Source: Enterobacteria phage phiC600P9. Taken from it: a stretch of DNA of 64,000 nt. A program made the translations under genes and the position numbers. The stretch is from sequence record MZ681930.1; one strand, written 5' to 3'. Below the pieces are notes generated by a model. The model saw only the letters and a program-made list of their open reading frames with translations. It searched no databases and was not told where the DNA came from. Below are positions 44,483-55,682 of the stretch, one piece after another (positions within the stretch are counted from its first letter, which is position 1; each line of letters begins with the position of its first letter).

Positions 44483-44830
44483 TTAATACGGTTTAGCATC
44501 AAATTTTCTCTCAATTTCAGGCGTGAAATATAATTCTTTACCGCGTTTGGAAAAGCGACCAATAATATGATAATTATTCTCATCAAACGTGATATTACCA
44601 ATATCCATAGCTTTCAACCAAATATCGATATTTCTATCCAGCTTTATGTCAAAATTCCAATACGGAGAACTATTACCGAAAATACTGCAAGCGGATTCAG
44701 TGAAACAACTGCTATAAATCTTGTCTTTAGGAACTACTAATTGATAGACGCCTTTAATAAACTGAGGACCCTGCCACTTTGGCTGTTTCTCGTCTTTTTC
44801 TAATAGAATAGGGTAATAATTAAAATTCAT
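44483..44830 (-). CDS. Hypothetical protein between frd and td
   Basis: 115-aa ORF (MNFNYYPILLEKDEKQPKWQGPQF...); no recognisable motif. Confidence 0.5.
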   Translation of the reverse strand: MNFNYYPILLEKDEKQPKWQGPQFIKGVYQLVVPKDKIYSSCFTESACSIFGNSSPYWNFDIKLDRNIDIWLKAMDIGNITFDENNYHIIGRFSKRGKELYFTPEIERKFDAKPY

Positions 44831-44849
44831 ATTTCCGCCACGCGTTATT

Positions 44850-45676
<827 letters not shown>

Positions 45677-45686
45677 ATTATTTTCC

Positions 45687-45929
45687 TTAAACAGACTTTT
45701 TCACAATTTTCCAATCAGCTTTAAACTGTTCAACGTCAGAATGATAAATCCAGAATCCTGCGCTTTCTCCATCCTCATAAAGAGGGCATCCATCGCATTC
45801 ATCTTCCCATCCCATATCACGCAAAAGATGTTCAGCTTTTTCAACAAGTTCAGAATCTTTACCGATGATATTAAAATACCATTTACCTCTAACTTCTGAA
45901 TCTTTAATGCTCTGGCGTTGTAATCTCAT
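45687..45929 (-). CDS. Hypothetical protein (frd.2-like)
   Basis: 80-aa ORF. Confidence 0.55.
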   Translation of the reverse strand: MRLQRQSIKDSEVRGKWYFNIIGKDSELVEKAEHLLRDMGWEDECDGCPLYEDGESAGFWIYHSDVEQFKADWKIVKKSV

Positions 45930-45983
45930 TTTATTCTCCTCAGTTGATAGGGTAATAGTATCACACTACTACCCTGTTGTAAA

Positions 45984-46364
45984 CTACTTTTTGAAAGTTT
46001 TTCGCAAAAGTTCAATGATTTCATCTACATTGTTTTCGTCTACAATGCAGTGAATTTTTGTTACGCCAGAAACCTTGTCTTCTATTTCATCTTCTTCAGA
46101 AGTCGGTTCTTTATACTCGCGGAAACAATGAAATTCGTCTTCGCAAATTTCTAAAAGTCTATCTTTGAGGTAAAAATGCTTTCCATTTGCGCATTCAATG
46201 TGTTTTACTGCTTTATATCCATTAGCGACGGAAACTTCTTTAACTTCAAACCATCCGCCATTATCTCGAATAGCTTTAACTATTGATGAATTAGAACGTG
46301 GGCTATAATTAATAAATGTATCAATAAGTCTTGGAACAAGTTCATACTTTCTACCAGTATACAT
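45984..46364 (-). CDS. Hypothetical protein (frd.3-like)
   Basis: 126-aa ORF. Confidence 0.55.
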   Translation of the reverse strand: MYTGRKYELVPRLIDTFINYSPRSNSSIVKAIRDNGGWFEVKEVSVANGYKAVKHIECANGKHFYLKDRLLEICEDEFHCFREYKEPTSEEDEIEDKVSGVTKIHCIVDENNVDEIIELLRKTFKK

Positions 46365-46408
46365 TGCGTTTTCCTCATTTTAATAGGGGCTTGATAGCCC
46401 CTTGATAA

Positions 46409-46636
46409 TTACTGCTCAATAAATCCTGTGTAAAATTCTACATCTTCAGCATCCATACCGTCACAATATTCATTAACCATAAATTGTTTAAGACGATTTA
46501 AAGGACCTTCAATAACAACTGAAACATTGCAATTGGGGTCATTTAGTGCGCTTGTAATACGGAGTTCAGGATAACGATTACGAATAATTTCTTCAATATA
46601 TTCAAAATCAACAACATCAATATCAATTTTAGCCAT
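46409..46636 (-). CDS. Small hypothetical protein, independently initiated ORF that is also in frame with gene 32
   Basis: ATG at 46636 preceded by aaagaggaaaataac gives 75 aa ([16 protein letters not shown]...). In this sequence it is in frame with, and not separated by a stop from, gene 32 upstream. Confidence 0.5.
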   Translation of the reverse strand: MAKIDIDVVDFEYIEEIIRNRYPELRITSALNDPNCNVSVVIEGPLNRLKQFMVNEYCDGMDAEDVEFYTGFIEQ

Positions 46637-47587
46637 GTTATTTTCCTCTTTAATCATCATCAGCAGTATTGCCGATAGTTGTATAGTACCACAGTATGCT
46701 TTGAGGTCCGTGTCATCAGCACTAGATGAACTGCCAGAGCTTGAGCTCATAAAATCATCTTCAGTTTTTGTTTTGAAGTCATCAACATTGAATGCATCCA
46801 AATCATCAGCAACTTTATCGGCTTTCTTAGCAGCAGTTGCTGCGGCACCACCCATAGCAGCAGTTCCCATAACTTGACTGAACTTAGTGCTCAGTTCTTC
46901 AAACGATTTGAATTTATCTTTAGAAGTCATTTCAGAAAGGTCAACCATCTGTTCAAACAGTTCTTTCTGGAAAGATTCATCATCAATGTTTGGAATCGCA
47001 GATTGATTCAGGAATTTAGATTCGTCGTAGTTACTAAAACCAGAAACTTGTTTAACTTTCAGTACAAAGTTAGCACCTTCCCACGGACAAGTTACATCAA
47101 CCGGAGTTTCACCCATTTCAACATCAACTGCAATCATTGCATTGATTTTATCCCAGATTTTCTTACCAAAACGGTATTTAAATACTTTACCTTCATTTTC
47201 TGGAGCAGCTGGGTCTTTTACTACAAGAATGTTAGCCCAATAAGAAGTTTTGCGTTTAACAAGACTGTACTCTTTATTGTCAGTGTTGTACAAATCATTT
47301 TTACTGATATACTGACATACTGGACAAGAATCGTAATCACCGTGGGTAGATGAACAGTTTTCAATATACCATTTACCATTTTTCTTGAAACCGTGATTTA
47401 CAAGAATTGCGAATGGTGCTTGTTCATCATTTTTAGACGGAAGAAAACGAATTACTGCTTGACCGTTACCCGCATTGTCGAGTTTCAGTTTCCACTCGCC
47501 TTTATCTTCAGAAGAAAAACCACCTTTATTTCCAGCCAGTTTAGCCATTTGTGCAGCGAGTTCAGCAGTAGATTTACGTTTAAACAT
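46409..47587 (-). CDS. 32: Single-stranded DNA-binding protein gp32, as encoded here without its own stop codon (392-aa read-through ORF)
   Basis: The first 294 aa match T4 gp32 as recalled (zinc site, OB fold, serine-rich tail [15 protein letters not shown]), but the expected ending DDLLNDL-stop is replaced by ...[22 protein letters not shown] and the frame continues into the next ORF. Confidence 0.8.
   Translation of the reverse strand: MFKRKSTAELAAQMAKLAGNKGGFSSEDKGEWKLKLDNAGNGQAVIRFLPSKNDEQAPFAILVNHGFKKNGKWYIENCSSTHGDYDSCPVCQYISKNDLYNTDNKEYSLVKRKTSYWANILVVKDPAAPENEGKVFKYRFGKKIWDKINAMIAVDVEMGETPVDVTCPWEGANFVLKVKQVSGFSNYDESKFLNQSAIPNIDDESFQKELFEQMVDLSEMTSKDKFKSFEELSTKFSQVMGTAAMGGAAATAAKKADKVADDLDAFNVDDFKTKTEDDFMSSSSGSSSSADDTDLKAYCGTIQLSAILLMMIKEENNMAKIDIDVVDFEYIEEIIRNRYPELRITSALNDPNCNVSVVIEGPLNRLKQFMVNEYCDGMDAEDVEFYTGFIEQ
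46674..46703. repeat. 30-nt motif gatagttgtatagtaccacagtatgctttg, copy A, at the gene 32 3' junction
   Basis: 29 of 30 nt identical to 62836-62865; partial matches at 39281-39293 and 32586-32609. Confidence 0.8.
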
Positions 47588-47650
47588 TTTTATTTCCTTT
47601 TTAATTTAATTAACAGTTGGTGCTATGACGATGTATGACCTCATAGCTGG
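47588..47650 (-). promoter_or_regulatory. Gene 32 translational operator (autoregulatory 5' UTR)
   Basis: Minus strand upstream of the gene 32 ATG reads ...gttaattaaattaaaaaggaaataaaaATG, the A/U-rich unstructured tract recalled from T4; the structured part upstream was not folded here. Confidence 0.6.
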
Positions 47651-47670
47651 TCAGTGAGATAATTATAATC

Positions 47671-47678
47671 TATTTATA
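47671..47678 (-). promoter_or_regulatory. Late promoter TATAAATA upstream of gene 32
   Basis: Minus-strand TATAAATA between the gene 59 stop and the gene 32 leader. Confidence 0.5.
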
Positions 47679-47686
47679 ATAAGCAA

Positions 47687-48340
47687 TTAATACTTGCAAG
47701 ATTTCACAGTTTCAATGAAAACACTTTTAGCTTTCTGTGAATCAATATTTAAAATTTTTCTATAAGCCTTTAACTTTATAGAATAATTATTCCAGACTAA
47801 ATTATCAGTCTGTTCATCATGTTTATCAATTATATTTAAAAACGAATCAAGCAAGATAAACGTCTCAAACGAAATTATATTCGATTGAAGTAGTTTAAAA
47901 ATATAACTTGATTGAACTTTTGGATTATACTCAAAGATTTCTTTAAAAGCAGAAACTTCAACTTTTTTACTAAAATAATAAATGTTGCGAATATCTTCTT
48001 CAAACTTAAATTTAATTTGCTTTAAGCGTCCGATATATTCACGATAAAACACAAGTGCATCAGCGTCAGAGATGTCACCAATCCAAGCATCCTGGTTAGC
48101 AACAAGATTGCTTATAAAGATTAAAGCAAGTTCCTTTAATTTATATTTTTCTGATAACTTCTGGAAAAAATACTTATCCCTTCGCTTTTGATAAGCGGCA
48201 TCAGACACCCGCATGCACCAATTATACTTAATTACATCATACTTTCCATTCATATGTTGTTTTATCATTAAGTATAATTTATAAACTGATTTACCATCAA
48301 TATATCTTTCACCACCAGCAGGCATGCGGAGTTTAATCAT
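47687..48340 (-). CDS. 59: gp59 helicase loader
   Basis: 217-aa ORF, same length and position as T4 gp59. Confidence 0.9.
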   Translation of the reverse strand: MIKLRMPAGGERYIDGKSVYKLYLMIKQHMNGKYDVIKYNWCMRVSDAAYQKRRDKYFFQKLSEKYKLKELALIFISNLVANQDAWIGDISDADALVFYREYIGRLKQIKFKFEEDIRNIYYFSKKVEVSAFKEIFEYNPKVQSSYIFKLLQSNIISFETFILLDSFLNIIDKHDEQTDNLVWNNYSIKLKAYRKILNIDSQKAKSVFIETVKSCKY

Positions 48341-48675
48341 AGTAGAAAATCTAATGTATTAGTTTTTTCACAACGAACAACAGAAGGACGTAAAAGATTT
48401 TCGTCAATAGCTTCTGACTGAATTTTTTCAATTATACCCGAAGGAATAAATTTAGCAAATTGAGTTTCAGGAATAGAATTTTCTTCCAAGAATGCTGTTG
48501 TAGCTTCAAGATAACTCATTCCAAACTCTTCTACCATTTTTTCAATAATAAATCCATTTTCTTGACGATCAAGCAGTTTTGCTATTTCATCCTTTTCTTT
48601 CTTAATTGAAAGTTCTTTTTCTGAAAGACCGGTCTCATCGACCGGACGAATATCATTTAGAGAAAACTGTGTCAT
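48337..48675 (-). CDS. 33: gp33 late transcription co-activator
   Basis: 112 aa from MTQFSLNDIRPVDETG, same length and position as T4 gp33. Confidence 0.85.
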   Translation of the reverse strand: MTQFSLNDIRPVDETGLSEKELSIKKEKDEIAKLLDRQENGFIIEKMVEEFGMSYLEATTAFLEENSIPETQFAKFIPSGIIEKIQSEAIDENLLRPSVVRCEKTNTLDFLL

Positions 48676-48922
48676 AAAGTTCAACTACCTCTTCGGTTTC
48701 AGCTTCAAACACATCACGGTTATCTTTATGATACAAAGCTAAAAGACGATTAAACATCTTACCATCAACACCAAGTTCATCTTTGGCGCGAATTCGAATA
48801 TCTTTAATCAATTCATTATAACCAGAAATTTTCAGTTTATGATCAGATGCTTCTTTGATAAATTTAGCCAAGTCTTCGCCATGGATAGCTTCATCAAATT
48901 CAACCATTTCTTTTTTAGCCAT
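48653..48922 (-). CDS. dsbA: DsbA double-stranded DNA-binding protein
   Basis: 89-aa ORF, same length and position as T4 DsbA. Confidence 0.8.
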   Translation of the reverse strand: MAKKEMVEFDEAIHGEDLAKFIKEASDHKLKISGYNELIKDIRIRAKDELGVDGKMFNRLLALYHKDNRDVFEAETEEVVELYDTVFSK

Positions 48923-48930
48923 TATTCACC

Positions 48931-49848
48931 TCAAAATTCATTAATGCTATTAGTTAATTTAGAAAGACCCGCTTTTACAAAATATGAATAAATTTTGCCA
49001 CGCGGTGGTAATTTATATGAATTATAGTAATTCACAATGTTTGAAGCAATATTATCAGGAATATAATCAAAATCAATTAGAACTAAATTTTCTTTATAAC
49101 GATTATATTCAGATTCTGTGAGAAGCACCTTAGCTTGCTCACGATCATTAGCAATAGCTTCAACGATTGAAGTTTTCATTGAAGGAGTTCGTTCACCTTC
49201 AACTTTGGTAAACCAAAAGTCAGATCGTACTTTAACTGAAGCAACGTTATCCTTTTTGTCGCCTTTAAGGATTTTAGTCATACAGTCAATTTCAGCAGAA
49301 CCGCTTTTAATTTTAACCCATTTCTTGTGCATCGGTGACCATTGCTTAACATTTGGATATTTGTGAAGCTGTGTAAAGTCACCATCCGATGAAATGATTA
49401 AAATCTTGTGTCCTTCTAAAGAGAACTTTTTAACAAGAACAGCAATGTGGTCATCTGCTTCATACTTATCAATATCCATAACAATGTATGGCATATAAGC
49501 TTTCAATTCATCTATAACTTTATGGCTGGATTCAAAATAACCTTCCCAGTCCCAAGTAGATTCTTCTCGTGCTTTTCCGCGGTTTTTCTTATAGTAATAA
49601 GCGAAATCACGACGCCAGTATCCAGATTTCGCGTTATCAATACACAATACAATTTTAGTGTATCCAAGAGTTTTTGCTTTTTTGACATTAAACTTAATTG
49701 AGTTCAATATCAAATGACGAACCATTGATAAATTAATTTTTTCTTTATCTGGGAAGTTTACCAGAGCAGTTGAAAGCGCAATTTGACTAAAGTCAATTAA
49801 GCAGATTCCTTCTTTGTAATCTTCATCCAACATCATTTCTAAATCCAT
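48931..49848 (-). CDS. rnh: RNase H (5'-3' exonuclease, FEN-1 family)
   Basis: 305 aa from MDLEMMLDEDYKEGICLIDF, same length and position as T4 RNase H; the ORF track starts 5 codons upstream. Confidence 0.9.
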   Translation of the reverse strand: MDLEMMLDEDYKEGICLIDFSQIALSTALVNFPDKEKINLSMVRHLILNSIKFNVKKAKTLGYTKIVLCIDNAKSGYWRRDFAYYYKKNRGKAREESTWDWEGYFESSHKVIDELKAYMPYIVMDIDKYEADDHIAVLVKKFSLEGHKILIISSDGDFTQLHKYPNVKQWSPMHKKWVKIKSGSAEIDCMTKILKGDKKDNVASVKVRSDFWFTKVEGERTPSMKTSIVEAIANDREQAKVLLTESEYNRYKENLVLIDFDYIPDNIASNIVNYYNSYKLPPRGKIYSYFVKAGLSKLTNSINEF

Positions 49849-49910
49849 ATGAACCTCGTTCAATTAGTGAGATTTCTATTATATACCATCCAAATCTTAA
49901 AGTAAACAAG

Positions 49911-49918
49911 TATAAATA
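49911..49918 (+). promoter_or_regulatory. Late promoter TATAAATA upstream of gene 34
   Basis: Exact TATAAATA about 35 nt upstream of the gene 34 ATG. Confidence 0.6.
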
Positions 49919-49952
49919 CTTATTATTGAAAACACAATAGGAGCCCGGGAGA

Positions 49953-52900
49953 ATGGCCGAGATTAAAAGAAAGTTCAGAGCAGAAGACGGTCTGGACGCA
50001 GGTGGCGATAAAATAATCAACGTAGCTTTAGCTGATCGTACCGTAGGAACTGACGGTGTTAACGTTGATTACTTAATTCAAGAAAATACAGTTCAACAAT
50101 ATGATCCAACTCGTGGATATTTAAAAGATTTTGTAATCATTTATGATAACCGCTTTTGGGCTGCTATAAATGATATTCCAAAACCAGCAGGAGCTTTTAA
50201 TAGCGGACGCTGGAGAGCATTACGTACCGATGCAAACTGGATTACGGTTTCATCTGGTTCATATCAATTAAAATCTGGTGAAGCAATTTCGGTTAACACT
50301 GCAGCTGGAAATGACATTACGTTTACTTTACCGTCTTCTCCAATTGATGGTGATACTATCATTCTCCAAGATATTGGAGGAAAACCTGGAGTTAACCAAG
50401 TTTTAATTGTAGCTCCAGTGCAAAGTATTGTAAACTTTAGAGGTGAACAAGTACGTTCAGTACTAATGACTCATCCAAAGTCACAGCTAGTTTTAATTTT
50501 TAGTAATCGTCTGTGGCAAATGTATGTTGCTGATTATAGTAGAGAAGCTATAGTTGTAACACCAGCGAATACTTATCAAGCGCAATCCAACGATTTTATC
50601 GTACGTAGATTTACTTCTGCTGCACCAATTAATGTTAAACTTCCAAGATTTGCTAATCATGGCGATATTATTAATTTCGTCGATTTAGATAAACTAAATC
50701 CGCTTTATCATACAATTGTTACTACATACGATGAAACGACTTCAATACAAGAAGTTGGAACTCATTCCATTGAAGGCCGTACAACGATTGACGGTTTCTT
50801 GATGTTTGATGATAATGAGAAATTGTGGAGATTGTTTGACGGGGATAATAAAGCGCGTTTACGCATTATAACGACTAATTCTAATATTCGTCCAAATGAA
50901 GAAGTTATGGTATTTGGTGCGAATAACGGAACAGCTCAGACAATTGAACTTCAGCTTCCGACTGATATTTCTGTTGGTGATACTGTTAAAATTTCCATGA
51001 ATTACATAAGAAAAGGACAAACAGTTAAAATCAAAGCTGCCGGTGAAGATAAAATTGCTTCTTCAGTTCAATTGCTGCAATTCCCAAAACGTTCAGAGTA
51101 TCCGCCTGAAACTAAATGGGTGACTGTTCAAGAATTAGTTTTTAACGGTGAAACTAATTATGTTCCAGTTTTACAACTTGCTTATATAGAAGATTCTGAT
51201 GGAAAATACTGGGTAGTACAGCAAAACGTTCCAACTGTAGAAAGAGTAGACTCTTTAAATGATTCTACTAGAGCAAGATTAGGCGTAATTGCTTTAGCTA
51301 CACAAGCTCAAGCTAATGTCGATTTAGAAAATTCTCCACAAAAAGAATTAGCAATTACTCCAGAAACATTAGCTAACCGTACTGCTACTGAAACTCGCAG
51401 AGGTATTGCAAGAATAGCAACTACTGCTCAAGTGAATCAGAACACCACATTCTCTTTTGCTGATGATCTTATCATTACTCCTAAAAAGCTGAATGAAAGA
51501 ACTGCTACAGAAACTCGTAGAGGTGTTGCTGAAATTGCTACGCAGCAGGAAACTAATGCAGGTACTGATGATACTACAATCATCACTCCTAAAAAGCTTC
51601 AAGCTCGTCAAGGTTCTGAATCATTATCTGGTATTGTAACCTTTGTATCTACTGCAGGAGCTACTCCAGCTTCTAGTCGTGAATTAAATGGTACAAACGT
51701 TTATAATAAAAACACTAATAATTTAGTTGTTTCGCCTAAAGCTTTGGATCAGTATAAAGCTACTCCAACGCAACAAGGTGCAGTAATTTTAGCAGTTGAA
51801 AGTGAAGTAATTGCTGGACAAAGCCAAGAAGGATGGGCAAATGCGGTTGTAACGCCAGAAACGTTACATAAAAAGACATCAACTGATGCAAGAATTGGTT
51901 TAATTGAAATTGCTACGCAAAGTGAAGTTAATACAGGAACTGATTATACTCGTGCAGTCACTCCTAAAACTTTAAATGACCGTAGAGCAACTGAAAGTTT
52001 AAGTGGTATAGCTGAAATTGCTACACAAGTTGAATTCGACGCAGGCGTCGACGATACTCGTATCTCTACACCATTAAAAATTAAAACTAGATTTAATAGT
52101 ACTGATCGTACTTCTGTTGTTGCTCTATCTGGATTAGTTGAATCAGGAACTCTCTGGGACCATTATACACTTAATATTCTTGAAGCAAATGAGACACAGC
52201 GTGGTACACTTCGTGTAGCTACACAGGTTGAAGCTGCTGCAGGAAAATTAGATAATGTTTTAATAACTCCTAAAAAGCTTTTAGGTACTAAATCTACTGA
52301 AGCACAAGAAGGTGTTATTAAAGTTGCAACTCAGTCTGAAACTGTAACTGGAACGTCAGCAAATACTGCTGTATCTCCAAAAAATTTAAAATGGATTGCG
52401 CAGAGTGAACCTACTTGGGCAGCTACTACTGCGATAAGAGGTTTTGTTAAAACTTCATCTGGTTCAATTACATTCGTTGGTAATGATACGGTAGGTTCAA
52501 CACAGCCATTAGAATCATATGAGAAAAATAGCTATGCGGTATCACCATATGAATTAAACCGTGTATTAGCAAATTATTTGCCGTTAAAAGCAAAAGCTGC
52601 TGATACAAATTTATTGGATGGTCTAGATTCATCTCAGTTCATTCGTAGGGATATTGCACAGACGGTTAATGGTTCACTAACCTTAACCCAACAAATGAAT
52701 CTGAGTGCCCCTCTTGTATCATCTAGTACTGCTACGTTTGGTGGATCAGTTTCGGCAAATAGTACATTAACTATTTCTAATACTGGAACGGCAACTCGTC
52801 TGATTTTTGAGAAAGGACCTCAGACTGGAACTAACCCAGCGCAGACGATGGCTATCAAAGTTTGGGGAAATCAGTTTGGTGGCGGATCAGATACAGCACG

Positions 52901-53822
52901 TTCTACTGTATTTGAAGTTGGTGATGAAACATCTTATCACTTTTATTCTCAACGTAATAAAGACGGGAATATAGCGTTTAGCATTAATGGTACTGTAATG
53001 CCAATAAATATTAATGCTTCCGGTTTGATGAATGTGAATGGCGTTGCAACATTCGGTCGTTCAGTTACTGCTAATGGCGAATTCACCAGTAAATCAGCAA
53101 ATGCCTTTAGAGCAATAAATGGTAATTATGGATTCTTTATCAGGAATGATGGCGTTAGCACATATTTTATGCTCACTGCATCTGGTGATCAGACTGGCGG
53201 ATTTAATGGATTACGTCCTTTAGCTATTAACAATGCATCTGGTCAAGTAACGATTGGTGAAGGCTTAATCGTTGCCAAAGGTGTTACTATAAACTCAGGT
53301 GGCTTAACTGTTAACTCGAGAATTCGTTCTCAGGGTAATAAAACATCTGATTTATATACCCGTGCGCCAACATCTGATACAGTAGGATTCTGGTCAATCG
53401 ATATTAATGATTCAGCTACTTATAACCAATTCCCGGGTTATTTTAAAATGGTTGAAAAAACTAATGAAGTGACTGGGCTTCCATACTTAGAACGTGGCGA
53501 AGAAGTTAAATCTCCTGGTACACTGACTCAGTTTGGTAACACACTTGATTCGCTTTACCAAGATTGGATTACTTATCCAACAACTCCAGAAGCACGTACA
53601 ACCCGTTGGACACGTACATGGCAGAAAACCAAAAACTCTTGGTCGAGTTTTGTTCAGGTATTTGATGGAGGTAACCCTCCTCAACCATCTGATATCGGTG
53701 CTTTACCATCTGATAATGCTACAATGGGGAATCTTACTATTCGTGATTTCTTACGAATTGGTAATGTTCGCATTGTTCCTGACCCAGTGAATAAATCTGT
53801 TAAATTTGAATGGGTTGAATAA
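49953..53822 (+). CDS. 34: Long tail fibre proximal subunit gp34
   Basis: 1289-aa ORF, same length as T4 gp34; internal repeats (TATETRRGIARIATTAQ / TATETRRGVAEIATQQE). Confidence 0.95.
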   Translation: MAEIKRKFRAEDGLDAGGDKIINVALADRTVGTDGVNVDYLIQENTVQQYDPTRGYLKDFVIIYDNRFWAAINDIPKPAGAFNSGRWRALRTDANWITVSSGSYQLKSGEAISVNTAAGNDITFTLPSSPIDGDTIILQDIGGKPGVNQVLIVAPVQSIVNFRGEQVRSVLMTHPKSQLVLIFSNRLWQMYVADYSREAIVVTPANTYQAQSNDFIVRRFTSAAPINVKLPRFANHGDIINFVDLDKLNPLYHTIVTTYDETTSIQEVGTHSIEGRTTIDGFLMFDDNEKLWRLFDGDNKARLRIITTNSNIRPNEEVMVFGANNGTAQTIELQLPTDISVGDTVKISMNYIRKGQTVKIKAAGEDKIASSVQLLQFPKRSEYPPETKWVTVQELVFNGETNYVPVLQLAYIEDSDGKYWVVQQNVPTVERVDSLNDSTRARLGVIALATQAQANVDLENSPQKELAITPETLANRTATETRRGIARIATTAQVNQNTTFSFADDLIITPKKLNERTATETRRGVAEIATQQETNAGTDDTTIITPKKLQARQGSESLSGIVTFVSTAGATPASSRELNGTNVYNKNTNNLVVSPKALDQYKATPTQQGAVILAVESEVIAGQSQEGWANAVVTPETLHKKTSTDARIGLIEIATQSEVNTGTDYTRAVTPKTLNDRRATESLSGIAEIATQVEFDAGVDDTRISTPLKIKTRFNSTDRTSVVALSGLVESGTLWDHYTLNILEANETQRGTLRVATQVEAAAGKLDNVLITPKKLLGTKSTEAQEGVIKVATQSETVTGTSANTAVSPKNLKWIAQSEPTWAATTAIRGFVKTSSGSITFVGNDTVGSTQPLESYEKNSYAVSPYELNRVLANYLPLKAKAADTNLLDGLDSSQFIRRDIAQTVNGSLTLTQQMNLSAPLVSSSTATFGGSVSANSTLTISNTGTATRLIFEKGPQTGTNPAQTMAIKVWGNQFGGGSDTARSTVFEVGDETSYHFYSQRNKDGNIAFSINGTVMPININASGLMNVNGVATFGRSVTANGEFTSKSANAFRAINGNYGFFIRNDGVSTYFMLTASGDQTGGFNGLRPLAINNASGQVTIGEGLIVAKGVTINSGGLTVNSRIRSQGNKTSDLYTRAPTSDTVGFWSIDINDSATYNQFPGYFKMVEKTNEVTGLPYLERGEEVKSPGTLTQFGNTLDSLYQDWITYPTTPEARTTRWTRTWQKTKNSWSSFVQVFDGGNPPQPSDIGALPSDNATMGNLTIRDFLRIGNVRIVPDPVNKSVKFEWVE

Positions 53823-53830
53823 GAGGTATT

Positions 53831-54946
53831 ATGGAAAAATTTATGGCAGAGTTTGGACAAGGATATGTCCAAACGCCATTTTTATCGGAAAGCAATTCAG
53901 TAAGATACAAAATAAGCATAGCGGGTTCTTGCCCGCTTTCTACAGCAGGACCATACGTTAAATTTCAGGATAATCCTATCGGAAATCAAACATTTAGCGC
54001 AGGCCTTCATTTAAGAGTTTTTGACCCTTCTACAGGAGCATTAGTTGATAGTAAGTCATATGCTTTTTCTACTTCAAATGATACTACATCAGCGGCTTTT
54101 GTTAGCTTCATGAATTCTATTTCAAGCAATAGACTTGTTGCTATATTAACTAACGGAAAGGTTAATTTTCCTCCTGAAGTGGTGTCTTGGTTAAGAACCG
54201 CAGGAACGTCTGCTTTTCCATCTGATTCTATATTGTCAAGATTCGACGTATCATATGCTGCTTTTTACACTTCTTCTAAAAGAGCTATTGCATTAGAGCA
54301 TGTTAAACTAAGTAATAGAAAAAGCACAGATGATTATCAAACTATTTTAGATGTTGTATTTGACAGTTTAGAAGACGTTGGAGCTACCGGATTTCCAAGA
54401 AGAACGTATGAAAGCGTTGATCAATTTATGTCGGCAGTTGGCGGAACTAATAATGAAATTGCGCGATTGCCAACTTCAGCTGCCATAAGTAAATTATCTG
54501 ACTATAATTTAATTCCTGGCGATGTTCTTTATCTTAAAGCTCAGTTATATGCTGATGCCGATTTACTTGCGCTTGGAACTACAAATATATCTATCCGTTT
54601 TTATAATGCATCAAATGGATATATTTCTTCAACACAAGCTGAGTTCACCGGACAAGCTGGGTCTTGGGAATTAAAGGAAGATTATGTAGTTGTTCCAGAA
54701 AACGCTGTGGGATTTACGATATACGCGCAAAGAACTGCACAAGCCGGTCAAGGTGGCATGAGAAATTTAAGCTTTTCTGAAGTGTCAAGAAATGGAGGTA
54801 TTTCGAAACCCGCTGAATTTGGCGTCAATGGCATTCGTGTTAATTATATCTGTGAATCTGCTTCACCTCCGGATATAATGGTACTTCCTACACAAGCATC
54901 GTCTAAAACTGGTAAAGTGTTTGGGCAAGAATTTAGAGAAGTATAA
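53831..54946 (+). CDS. 35: Long tail fibre hinge protein gp35
   Basis: 371-aa ORF at the position of T4 gp35. Confidence 0.9.
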   Translation: MEKFMAEFGQGYVQTPFLSESNSVRYKISIAGSCPLSTAGPYVKFQDNPIGNQTFSAGLHLRVFDPSTGALVDSKSYAFSTSNDTTSAAFVSFMNSISSNRLVAILTNGKVNFPPEVVSWLRTAGTSAFPSDSILSRFDVSYAAFYTSSKRAIALEHVKLSNRKSTDDYQTILDVVFDSLEDVGATGFPRRTYESVDQFMSAVGGTNNEIARLPTSAAISKLSDYNLIPGDVLYLKAQLYADADLLALGTTNISIRFYNASNGYISSTQAEFTGQAGSWELKEDYVVVPENAVGFTIYAQRTAQAGQGGMRNLSFSEVSRNGGISKPAEFGVNGIRVNYICESASPPDIMVLPTQASSKTGKVFGQEFREV

Positions 54947-54949
54947 ATT

Positions 54950-54978
54950 GAGGGAGCCTTCGGGTTCCCTTTTTCTTT
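54950..54978 (+). terminator. Rho-independent terminator after gene 35
   Basis: Hairpin gggagcc-ttcg-ggttccc followed by tttttcttt. Confidence 0.7.
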
Positions 54979-54985
54979 ATAAATA
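54978..54985 (+). promoter_or_regulatory. Late promoter TATAAATA upstream of gene 36
   Basis: Exact TATAAATA about 23 nt upstream of the gene 36 ATG. Confidence 0.6.
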
Positions 54986-55008
54986 CTATTAAAATAAAGG
55001 GGCATACA

Positions 55009-55674
55009 ATGGCTGATTTAAAAGTAGGTTCAACAACCGGAGGCTCTGTCATTTGGCATCAAGGAAATTTTCCATTGAATCCAGCCGGTGACGATGTACT
55101 CTATAAATCATTTAAAATATATTCAGAATATAATAAACCACAAGCTGCTGATAACGATTTCGTTTCTAAAGCTAATGGTGGTACTTATGCATCAAAGGTA
55201 ACATTTAACGGTGGCGTACAAGTTCCGTATGCTATAAACAACACAAACCAATGTGGTATTTATCCAGGTAACGGTGATAATGCTACTTTTGCTGTAGCAA
55301 ATATTGATATTGTTTCGTGGAATGGTATTGGTTTTAAATCATCACAAGGTTCAGCGGAACGAAATGTTGTAATTAATGCACGTAATGGTGATATTAGTAC
55401 AAAAGGCGTTGTGACAGCAGTAGGTCAAATAAGAAGTAATGCAGTTTCTCCTGTATCAGCAAATGACCTTACTAGAAAGGACTATGTTGATGGAGCAATA
55501 AATACTGTTACAGCAAATGCGAACTCTAGAGTGTTGCGTTCTGGCGACACTATGACAGGTAATTTAACCGCGCCAAACTTTTTCTCGCAGAATCCCGCAT
55601 CTCAACCTTCACATGTTCCACGATTTGACCAAATCGTAATTAAGGATTCTGTTCAAGATTTCGGCTATTATTAA
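55009..55674 (+). CDS. 36: Long tail fibre distal subunit connector gp36
   Basis: 221-aa ORF, same length as T4 gp36. Confidence 0.9.
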   Translation: MADLKVGSTTGGSVIWHQGNFPLNPAGDDVLYKSFKIYSEYNKPQAADNDFVSKANGGTYASKVTFNGGVQVPYAINNTNQCGIYPGNGDNATFAVANIDIVSWNGIGFKSSQGSAERNVVINARNGDISTKGVVTAVGQIRSNAVSPVSANDLTRKDYVDGAINTVTANANSRVLRSGDTMTGNLTAPNFFSQNPASQPSHVPRFDQIVIKDSVQDFGYY

Positions 55675-55682
55675 GAGGACTT

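Noticed and set aside
46674-46703. The 30-nt motif as a plus-strand MotA-dependent middle promoter (it contains aTGCTTTG)
   Set aside because: The box ends in G rather than the consensus A, no TAnnnT -10 lies at the 11-13 nt spacing, and all nearby genes are on the minus strand; kept only as an unexplained repeat.
46635-47638. Plus-strand ORFs (80, 159 and 81 aa) antisense to gene 32
   Set aside because: Antisense to a conserved essential gene; the translations are low-complexity.
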